DNA of 64,000 nucleotides, from positions 32,001 to 96,000 of the IMG/VR virus record IMGVR_UViG_3300023218_000040. The stretch is one strand, 5' to 3'. The translations under genes were made by a program, and so were the position numbers. Below are positions 27,997 to 35,785 of this stretch, one piece after another. Origin of the DNA: a virus (taxonomy: Duplodnaviria; Caudoviricetes). Each line of letters opens with the position of its first letter. Positions within the stretch are counted from its first letter, which is position 1. Under the pieces are notes generated by a model that ran no database searches, was not told the DNA's origin, and was given only the letters and a program-made list of their open reading frames with translations.

Positions 27997-29220
27997 TTAC
28001 AAAAAGCTCAAGGTAGCGGCGTTAATTCCAACCAAACCAAGATAGTCGGCACTGTTACCGAGCGACGTCGCACTGTTTACGAACTCCACGTAGCCATATC
28101 TGGTGTAGAAGCTGGTTACCAGTTCGAACGTGTTCGGGTCGGTGACCACGCCGTGCGTCGTCAAAGGTACGTATGGTGTGTAAAATGTCGCAGCGTCAAC
28201 TTCGCTAGATCCCTTATATCCGATTAGGACCGGAGTGTCGTCATCAGCGTAGTTGTCAACGTAGACACGCATCGAGTTGTTGAGCGTACCAACATACTTG
28301 TTGTTGGTAGGTGCGTCGAACGAACCCTCAGTCGTACGGGCAAAAGCCGATGCACGAGCAGACTCGATTACGGTCAGGATGGTTGGGGATATAACCGCCC
28401 AGTTACCCTTACCACGACGGGTACGAACAGCGATACGGTTTGCCTCACGACCGATTAGAACGGCCAGAGCGGCGAATTCGTCAACAACCGAAGTTGCTTG
28501 ACCAGACACTGCGGACTGATCAAAAGTATTTGCAACGGTTGGTGTAGGTGGCAGAGCACGCAGGTTGCGTAGAATTTCCTGGTCGATTTCGACCGTGATG
28601 TCCTGAGCAACAGCAGCCAGTAGCTCTTCTTCTACGTCCACACCGTACTGGTTCTGAGCGTCTGTCTGAGCCTCAACAGTCCAGCGAGCCGATAGGCGGC
28701 GGGACTTAGCTTCGACAACCTGCTTCAACATCTCCAGCTTAACAGCGTTACCTGGAACACCTTCAAGCTGAGCAGTCAATGCACCAGCAGGGGTGGCGGC
28801 AACCTCGTTACCAGAGTATGAAGCAGCTAGGTCACGTACGTGTAGAGGAGCTAGCATTTCCTCTCCAGCAATGGTGCCAGCACCAGCAGAAGTTGTTCCG
28901 TAGACGTAACGAAGGGTCATGATCTGTGCGACCGGACCCGGCATTGGCTGTACGCCAACCAGTTCGTTTACGATTACGTTTGGTAGCACACGACGAATGA
29001 TAGGCAGAATTACCTTGTTCAGCGTTGCAATGTTACCCGTGGATACGGCAGAAGCTGAGGCATTTTCCATCAGATACTTCTGGCGTCCCACGAAATCCTT
29101 ACGGGTGTTCTCTAGGCACTTGTCCATGATCTTAGCCTTCTTTGGCGGAAGACCATCCATCAAGGCTTCCTTGATGCGCAGCCACTTCGAGTTACCCTTT
29201 TCAGTGATCACGTTAGGCAT
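27997..29220 (-). CDS. gp23: Major capsid protein, T4 gp23-like
   Basis: GVQPMPGP, VEAKSRRLSARWTVEAQTDA, EIDQEIL, RRGKGNW, FYTPYVPL, TRYG motifs. Confidence 0.97.
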   Translation of the reverse strand: MPNVITEKGNSKWLRIKEALMDGLPPKKAKIMDKCLENTRKDFVGRQKYLMENASASAVSTGNIATLNKVILPIIRRVLPNVIVNELVGVQPMPGPVAQIMTLRYVYGTTSAGAGTIAGEEMLAPLHVRDLAASYSGNEVAATPAGALTAQLEGVPGNAVKLEMLKQVVEAKSRRLSARWTVEAQTDAQNQYGVDVEEELLAAVAQDITVEIDQEILRNLRALPPTPTVANTFDQSAVSGQATSVVDEFAALAVLIGREANRIAVRTRRGKGNWAVISPTILTVIESARASAFARTTEGSFDAPTNNKYVGTLNNSMRVYVDNYADDDTPVLIGYKGSSEVDAATFYTPYVPLTTHGVVTDPNTFELVTSFYTRYGYVEFVNSATSLGNSADYLGLVGINAATLSFL

Positions 29221-29265
29221 TGTTCTTTCCTCTCCTTATAGGGGGTGGGAGAATGTATTCTTGGT

Positions 29266-29271
29266 TATTTA
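29266..29271 (-). promoter_or_regulatory. Putative late promoter TAAATA
   Basis: 46 nt upstream of the capsid ATG. Confidence 0.65.
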
Positions 29272-29313
29272 GAAATTTGTTACCAAAATACGTCCCATAT
29301 CCCTCAAAAACGG

Positions 29314-30399
29314 TTATTTTTCGATTCCGGCTAGGCGTGAAATCTCTAGAATCTCATCATCATCTGCCGCATCGGTGTTGCGAGACTCCTTGAGAGTACG
29401 CTGTCCACCGGTCTTCAGTTCTACTACCGACTCTTCCAGCTTACGGCGCTTGTGCTGCTTTGCTGGTGCCTTGGCTTCGTTCAATAGCTCTGGGAGCCAC
29501 TTCTTGTATGTTGCCTGTAGCTTATCGGTACGAGATGCTTCCAACAGATCCTTCATCTTCTCACGAGTTCGACCTGTTAGCGGACTTAGCATCTTATTGA
29601 TAGCACGTGCACGGACCACAGACTCTTGTAACTTCTTCTTGCTGAGTTCTGCGTTACGTGCCGCTTCCCTTGCTTCCTTGATTTTCTTATTTGCCTTAGC
29701 CTCAAGCATTCGGGCTCGCTTCTGCGACTCCTTCAGCTTTCCGGTTATAGCACGGAATTCCTTATTGCTGTCAAAGAACTGACGACGGAAGGTGGTCATG
29801 AACGACTCGTAAATCTCACGACCGAAGTCAGACTGACGGGCAGCCTTGATGTCTTCACGAAGCTCATCTAGGGTACCCTGAACCTGAACATTCACGATGT
29901 GCTCAAGAACAGCCGCAGCCTTCTGACGGAACGCATCACGGTCGGACTCTAGCTGAGCCTTCTTTTCCGTTAGTGCATTCAAATATGCCTTGCGATTGAC
30001 CTTCTCACTTTCATGAAGCTCAGAAAGTTCACGTGCAAGCACGCCTTCAATGACCTTCTCAACTGCACCAAGACGCTTTGCTACGTATTCACGGGCATGC
30101 TCCTTTACAGTAGCACGCTCGTCAACGAGCTTCTTCTTCAATGTATCAACTTCCTCCAAACCAGTTCGGAGGTCACTGACTGCACCATTCAGTTCCTGCT
30201 CTAGAAACTGTTCAAGAGCAGCATGGATAGCCTTCTTATCCTTAGCGTAACGCTCAGCAAGTTCACCACGAATTGCCTTCTCCTGCTCCACCTTGGCTTC
30301 CGCCAATGTGTCGCTGAATACCTTCGCAATCTTCTTTCGAGTGTCTTCGTTAAGAACGTCCATGCTCTCTAGGATCTTCTGTAGAGTATCCTCAAGCAT
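29314..30399 (-). CDS. Prohead scaffold/core protein, gp22-like
   Basis: Coiled-coil, Glu/Lys/Ala-rich; between protease and capsid; ends ISRLAGI. Confidence 0.85.
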   Translation of the reverse strand: MLEDTLQKILESMDVLNEDTRKKIAKVFSDTLAEAKVEQEKAIRGELAERYAKDKKAIHAALEQFLEQELNGAVSDLRTGLEEVDTLKKKLVDERATVKEHAREYVAKRLGAVEKVIEGVLARELSELHESEKVNRKAYLNALTEKKAQLESDRDAFRQKAAAVLEHIVNVQVQGTLDELREDIKAARQSDFGREIYESFMTTFRRQFFDSNKEFRAITGKLKESQKRARMLEAKANKKIKEAREAARNAELSKKKLQESVVRARAINKMLSPLTGRTREKMKDLLEASRTDKLQATYKKWLPELLNEAKAPAKQHKRRKLEESVVELKTGGQRTLKESRNTDAADDDEILEISRLAGIEK

Positions 30400-30400
30400 C

Positions 30401-31051
30401 TTACTTTCTCCACTTGTATTGATCCCGGACTTCCGTCAGGAATCGAGTGATTTCTTGTTCTAGAAAACGTTGTGCGTCTTCATCATGACGTACGTATTCT
30501 GTTAGCTTCATAGCCTCTTGACCATGCTTGCTCCCCATCAAACTCTCTGCAAGAGAAGCATGAGGATAAGCACTTGGAGCGCTTGGGTTTGCAACAATGT
30601 CCACCGTAACGATGTCAAAATCACTTACCCTTCCCTGACCGTCAATATTTCCGGAACCACGTGAACTTACGCCCATCTGCATACCGGCTTCAATACAACC
30701 CTTGACGATCAAACCCATTCCAGCATTCACGATTCTCATCGCACCCATGCCGTTATTTCCATTCATATTCATCTCAGTGATGACATGAGAGATCCTGTCC
30801 ATGTTAATGTTCAGTCCCTCTGGATGGTCTAGCTCGCCAGGGATCGGACCTTTTGACTGAATACGCTCGTTTATATGACCCACGGCTTTTTCAATTTCAT
30901 TCCGTGGGTACACACGACCATTATGGTTCTGCGTCTCACCCTCAAGGAATAAACCCTTCAGGTAATAGAACCCGTCTTTACCGTTGCTTTCTCCGACAAG
31001 AGGTTTGGCTTCGGGTAAAATGACCTCAGTCAGTAAACGTTTCTCAGTCAT
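30401..31051 (-). CDS. gp21: Prohead protease, T4 gp21-like
   Basis: NHNGRVYP, GELDHPE, ISHVI, GVSSRGSG, DIVANPSAP. Confidence 0.95.
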   Translation of the reverse strand: MTEKRLLTEVILPEAKPLVGESNGKDGFYYLKGLFLEGETQNHNGRVYPRNEIEKAVGHINERIQSKGPIPGELDHPEGLNINMDRISHVITEMNMNGNNGMGAMRIVNAGMGLIVKGCIEAGMQMGVSSRGSGNIDGQGRVSDFDIVTVDIVANPSAPSAYPHASLAESLMGSKHGQEAMKLTEYVRHDEDAQRFLEQEITRFLTEVRDQYKWRK

Positions 31052-31081
31052 TTGACTATTTGCTCCAGATTACGTAATGAA

Positions 31082-32068
31082 TTAATCCTCGTCCTTCGAA
31101 TAGGCAGGCTCATCATCGTCATCGTATTCTTTGTCGTAGTCCTTGGACTTCTTGTCTTCATCGTCCTTGGACTTGTAGTCATTAGACTTGTAGTCCTTGG
31201 ACTTCTTGTCTTCATCATCGTATTCGCCCTTGGACTCGTAACCCTTGGACTTGTAACCCTTGGACTTGTAGTCATCGTCGTATTCGTTCTCGGTTTCCAT
31301 ACGATAAGACTTGTCACCATGACCCATGCCTTCCATCTCGTCCTCTTCATGTTCAACACTATCAAGGTCGTCATCGCCCTCTAAATCAAGGTCGAAATCA
31401 AAGCCCATGTCATCATCGTTCATGTCGTTTTCGTAATCCATCTCTGAATCACTATCGCCATCCATGTCCATATCCATGTTGTTTTCATAGTCTGCATCGT
31501 CCATGCCGTCCGAAGCATCAGGAGAACCCATACCGTTGTCATCCATGCCGATCATGAGGTCATCATAGTCCTCGTCGCCATCCTCAACGTCCGTTCCTTC
31601 ATCCTCGTAAGACATGTCACCGCCCATCTCGTTGTATGGATTGCGGCCATCACCCTTCTTGTTGTATACCGAGTCTAGATGATCCATGTTTTCAAATACG
31701 TCGGACAAATCGAACTCATCAGAACCTAGAAGGTCCGAGATGTTCTTTGCCGACTCCATCTGTTGTTCACTCTCTGGAGCATCCCTGTTATCGGACGGCT
31801 TGTGGGTTACTGTGTTTGCCATGCTGGAAGGATCAGTGTTTAGCTCCTCAAAGCTAATCTCTTCTGCCACTCCGGACAGCGAGTCCTCAGCAGCCTCTAG
31901 CTGGTCCCATAGGTCTCGTGACTTTTCTAGCACGAGTGTGTGAAGCTTTTCAGATGCGACCTTTGCAGCGCCTTCGTTGACAACTCGAAGCTTACCCTTC
32001 TCGTCAACAGTGTAGCCCTCAAAAATCGAATCTAAAATCTCTGTCATGAGATTCTGATATCTGGACAT
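31082..32068 (-). CDS. Highly acidic prohead core / internal head protein
   Basis: Helical N-terminus (LHTLVLEKSRDLWDQL), then Asp/Glu/Met-rich low complexity; lies between portal and protease. Confidence 0.75.
   Translation of the reverse strand: MSRYQNLMTEILDSIFEGYTVDEKGKLRVVNEGAAKVASEKLHTLVLEKSRDLWDQLEAAEDSLSGVAEEISFEELNTDPSSMANTVTHKPSDNRDAPESEQQMESAKNISDLLGSDEFDLSDVFENMDHLDSVYNKKGDGRNPYNEMGGDMSYEDEGTDVEDGDEDYDDLMIGMDDNGMGSPDASDGMDDADYENNMDMDMDGDSDSEMDYENDMNDDDMGFDFDLDLEGDDDLDSVEHEEDEMEGMGHGDKSYRMETENEYDDDYKSKGYKSKGYESKGEYDDEDKKSKDYKSNDYKSKDDEDKKSKDYDKEYDDDDEPAYSKDED
31125..31285 (-). repeat. Coding tandem repeats (KSK(G/D)Y, DDEDKKSKDY)
   Basis: Repeated CTTGGACTTGTA / CCTTGGACTTCTTGTCTTCATC units. 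Confidence 0.8.
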
Positions 32069-32117
32069 TTCTCTTACCTCTCGTCAGATTGCCTTGTTTC
32101 GGAAAAATCCGTGTAGA

Positions 32118-32123
32118 TATTTA
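32118..32123 (-). promoter_or_regulatory. Putative late promoter TAAATA
   Basis: 50 nt upstream of ATG 32068. Confidence 0.55.
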
Positions 32124-32179
32124 ACAAGGAGTGATTCTTTTCTGACCAAAACCCCTCATTATAGATAAATTTCATTGAT

Positions 32180-34258
32180 TTATAGTCCACCACCCAGACC
32201 ACCGCCCAATCCTCCAAGACCACCTTCCTCAGATGGAGTCTTATAGACCTTCTGAATCATTTTCATTCTCTTGGAGTTTTCAACTCGTCGGGTCAACTGT
32301 GATTTGCGGACCTTTTGAAGTAAGCTCAACGTAATCTTGAAACCACCACCGATTGCATCTGGATGATCTTCAACATCAGCACCTACAGGGAATAAGTTAT
32401 CATTAGGAGTCTGTGAATGACCAAGGTCATCCACAGACTGTGGGGCAGGTTTTAGGTCACCAGCCGTAACTGGAGCCTCGGTTAGTGTTCTCTTTCCGAT
32501 AATCATCTCAGTTTCTCCAAATCCTCCAATACCAGCGCCACCAGGGGCACCACCAGTAGCACCAGTCATAACACCACCCGCCATATCAGCACCAAGGTCT
32601 CCAAAGCCATCTGCTCCAACACCACCGCCTAGATCACCTACTCCGGGACCAAGACCCATCTGACCACCACCCAGGCCGCCACCCAGGCCGCCACCGAAGC
32701 CACCACCAAATCCTCCACCAGCACCAAGCTCAGCGAAGTCAGTAGCATCCTTCGGATCGAATCGCTCCTCCATTACCATCTTTTCGTTCTCTACAATTTC
32801 ATCCTCAGTCCAACCCATGTACTTCTTCAGTCCGAAGCGACGGGAGATGTAAGGCTCATCCTTGATGGACTGCCATACACTAATGTTATCCTGATCACGA
32901 GCGTTCTGCTTGAACTCATCGTAGTTGGTTGGCTCGTTGAAATGCATATCGTAGTCAGCAGCATTTACATTAACATCACGAACCTTACAGTACAGTTTGA
33001 ATTCGAAATCGAACGTGTCGTCCATGTTCTTCTGGATACGCTCGCAGAATTTGGAGAACTCAATTTCCTCCTGATACGCCACACCAACACGACCATCGTT
33101 GAATACGGAACCACCCTCTTCTGGTCCTAGCAACCAAGAGTGCGGTACACGCAATGAACGCATCATCTTCTTGGTAAAATACTGAAGGTCTGGTAGCTCA
33201 TTCCATGGCTGCCCCTCAAGAGTCTCTACCTTGGAACCACGTTGATCGAAGGACACCGGAATGTAGATGTCTTCCAACTGAGAAATTGGGTTGTACACAG
33301 AGTCTACGCTTCTCTGGCCATCGCTTAGAATTTGGGGCACACGCTTCTGGTTTAGCTCGTTCTTGAAATTGTTGACGACCCAACTAGCACGGTCAGGACG
33401 CATCTTACCGGTGTCGATGTACCACACGGTACGTGACGGAGCACGCTGTGTGCGATGAATAATTGCAGCGTCCTCAAGAAGTTCACGTTGCTTGAATGTC
33501 TTCGAGGCATTCTCCAAGAAAGACTCCCCAAACGGCCAACGATTATTATAGCGATCTGATGGATCATCATCACCAGAAGCACCAGCAAACTTACCCTCGG
33601 AAACCGTTACCTGCATCATGTGAATTGAGGGTATAACCCTAGTATTACGCATACCAGAAGATAAGCTCAAGCTCTTGATAGAATCACTGAGACCACGGTT
33701 ATCCACGGTTAGTTCGATGTTCTCGATGTTGAACTTGAAGTTTCGAACGATCCAGGCAATTACCTGAGTGCTCTCTCGATCAACCAAGGCACCCAAAACG
33801 AAACGTGGGTGAACAGAGAATAACTCAAATGTATCAGGATTCCTGAAGAAAAACCAATCTCCATATTTGACTACGTTTCGGATGGTTCGCCATAGACGAT
33901 TATCCCACTCGTTAATACGAGTCCACTGTGTCATGTTCTCTATGACCAGACCAGACTCTTCCTCGGTTGGATCAAGAGCCCAATCAAAGTACCAGAAGTG
34001 TCCTTCGTCATTTATGGGAGAGCAATGCTCAGAAATCAAATCAAGGGCTCGGGATACATCAGAATCTTGATCCATCCAGTCATATAATTTATATCGTTCT
34101 AGCCTATCATATCTGCCCCTATATACTTGTTGGAGCATATTGAAATTATCAGAGCTACCACCGGACCACGAGTTGTCGCCTCCATAGGAGTGGAGTGTTA
34201 GTTTACGCTTACGGCGGTTACGACCGAGGTCAGGCTTTGCTATAGTGGTCCAGGCCAT
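32180..34258 (-). CDS. gp20: Portal protein, T4 gp20-like, with Gly-rich linker and C-terminal extension
   Basis: YDWMDQDSDV, LLEDAAIIHRTQRAPSR.V.YIDTG.M, EDIYIP...RGSKVETL.G, LQYF.KKM.RSLRVP.S, E.EFSKFC.R. Confidence 0.95.
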   Translation of the reverse strand: MAWTTIAKPDLGRNRRKRKLTLHSYGGDNSWSGGSSDNFNMLQQVYRGRYDRLERYKLYDWMDQDSDVSRALDLISEHCSPINDEGHFWYFDWALDPTEEESGLVIENMTQWTRINEWDNRLWRTIRNVVKYGDWFFFRNPDTFELFSVHPRFVLGALVDRESTQVIAWIVRNFKFNIENIELTVDNRGLSDSIKSLSLSSGMRNTRVIPSIHMMQVTVSEGKFAGASGDDDPSDRYNNRWPFGESFLENASKTFKQRELLEDAAIIHRTQRAPSRTVWYIDTGKMRPDRASWVVNNFKNELNQKRVPQILSDGQRSVDSVYNPISQLEDIYIPVSFDQRGSKVETLEGQPWNELPDLQYFTKKMMRSLRVPHSWLLGPEEGGSVFNDGRVGVAYQEEIEFSKFCERIQKNMDDTFDFEFKLYCKVRDVNVNAADYDMHFNEPTNYDEFKQNARDQDNISVWQSIKDEPYISRRFGLKKYMGWTEDEIVENEKMVMEERFDPKDATDFAELGAGGGFGGGFGGGLGGGLGGGQMGLGPGVGDLGGGVGADGFGDLGADMAGGVMTGATGGAPGGAGIGGFGETEMIIGKRTLTEAPVTAGDLKPAPQSVDDLGHSQTPNDNLFPVGADVEDHPDAIGGGFKITLSLLQKVRKSQLTRRVENSKRMKMIQKVYKTPSEEGGLGGLGGGLGGGL

Positions 34259-34297
34259 TCTCTTGATATCCGGTGGGAATTAGTGATAACATATGTC

Positions 34298-34303
34298 TAT
34301 TTA
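34298..34303 (-). promoter_or_regulatory. Putative late promoter TAAATA
   Basis: 40 nt upstream of the portal ATG. Confidence 0.6.
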
Positions 34304-34324
34304 CTTCAAGAAACCATAGGTCTA

Positions 34325-35785
34325 ATGGCTAGAAAATTCACCACGAAAGATTTCATCGAGCAAAGCCGTACGGTTCATGGTGAGGTATTCGATTACAGTA
34401 AGGTGACATACACCACGGCTCGTGATCCCGTGGTCATCATCTGTCCGGTTCATGGCGAGTTTGAGCAAATCGCTCACACGCACATGAGGGGTCGTGGATG
34501 TGCTAAGTGTTCTGCCAAAAAGATGGCTGTCAAAAGAAGCATGAAAATAGCCTCTGAATATATTGACAGGGTTAAGAAAGTTCATGGCGAACTCTACGAT
34601 CTATCTCTAGTTCGATATTCATCGGCAAAAGAACCAGTAGTGGTCATTTGTGGAAGGCATGGTAGATTTGAGATACGAGCGGATGTCTTTGAATCTGGGT
34701 CAATCTGTCCAAAGTGTTCGTATGAAAAGCGTGGACAAGATAAAGCAGATTCTTTTGAGGAATTTGTGGACAAAGGACAGCGATTGCATGCTGATCTATA
34801 TCGATATCCGCATCAAGTTTATAAGAATGCTTTTACTCACGTTGATATTGAATGTCGTACACACGGTGTATTTTCTCAAATTCCAAATAGCCACCTATCT
34901 GGTAATGGTTGTCCAAAATGTGTGCATCATGTATCATCCGGAGAGGAAGAGATAGCCAATTTTGTTAGAAATATGGCTCCAGACTTACAAACTAGCGTTA
35001 GAACAATAGTTCCGCCGAAAGAAATTGACATGTACAGTGAACAACACCAAATAGGAATCGAATATTGCGGATTGTATTGGCACACAGAAAATCGTGGTAA
35101 GAACAAAACATACCATATCGAAAAGCTGGATGGCTGTTTGAAGAAGGGAATAAATCTTATAACTATTTTCGAAGATGAATGGATTCACAACACCGATAAA
35201 GTTCAATCTCGTCTAACTCAATTGTTTGGGGCTACACCACAGCGCATTGCAGCACGAAAATGTGAGATAGAGATCGTATCTTCATCAGAATGTAGTTTAT
35301 TCATGAATGCTAATCATATTCAAGGAGCAGACATTTCTAGTGTTAGATTTGGTCTTAGGTATCATGGTGAATTAGTATCAATCATGACATTCGTTAAACC
35401 TAGATTTTCTAAAACCTACCAATGGGAGATGTCCAGGTTTTGCTCTAAAAACGGTATTTCGATAACAGGAGCAGCAGGAAAACTGTTTTCTAATTTCTTA
35501 CGAGAACATAACCCAAGCAGTGTAGTAACATACGCAGATTTGCGGTATGGGCGGGGGTACTTTTATAAACATCTGGGGTTTAAGCATTCCCATGATTCAA
35601 ATCCAAACTATTGGTATGTTGCCCCAGGCTCTACCATAAGAGAATCCCGTATGAAATACCAAAAGCACAAACTCATCAAGGAAGGATTTGATCCTGGCAA
35701 ATCCGAATGGCAAATCATGCAAGAGCGTGGTTATGACCGCATCTGGGATTGTGGTAATGCTGTTTGGGTATGGAACAAGAATTAA
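34325..35785 (+). CDS. Hef-like putative homing endonuclease (3 Zn ribbons + PD-(D/E)XK + Mom/GNAT-like)
   Basis: EIDMYSEQHQIGIEYCGLYWH; WEMSRFC...GAAGKLF...VTYADLRYG...RIWDCG; start set at ATG 34325. Confidence 0.8.
   Translation: MARKFTTKDFIEQSRTVHGEVFDYSKVTYTTARDPVVIICPVHGEFEQIAHTHMRGRGCAKCSAKKMAVKRSMKIASEYIDRVKKVHGELYDLSLVRYSSAKEPVVVICGRHGRFEIRADVFESGSICPKCSYEKRGQDKADSFEEFVDKGQRLHADLYRYPHQVYKNAFTHVDIECRTHGVFSQIPNSHLSGNGCPKCVHHVSSGEEEIANFVRNMAPDLQTSVRTIVPPKEIDMYSEQHQIGIEYCGLYWHTENRGKNKTYHIEKLDGCLKKGINLITIFEDEWIHNTDKVQSRLTQLFGATPQRIAARKCEIEIVSSSECSLFMNANHIQGADISSVRFGLRYHGELVSIMTFVKPRFSKTYQWEMSRFCSKNGISITGAAGKLFSNFLREHNPSSVVTYADLRYGRGYFYKHLGFKHSHDSNPNYWYVAPGSTIRESRMKYQKHKLIKEGFDPGKSEWQIMQERGYDRIWDCGNAVWVWNKN

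Noticed and set aside
31125-31285. Direct repeats as a possible CRISPR array; FLAG-like DYKSKDDEDK peptide
   Set aside because: Repeats are in-frame coding units without unique spacers; the FLAG resemblance is compositional coincidence.
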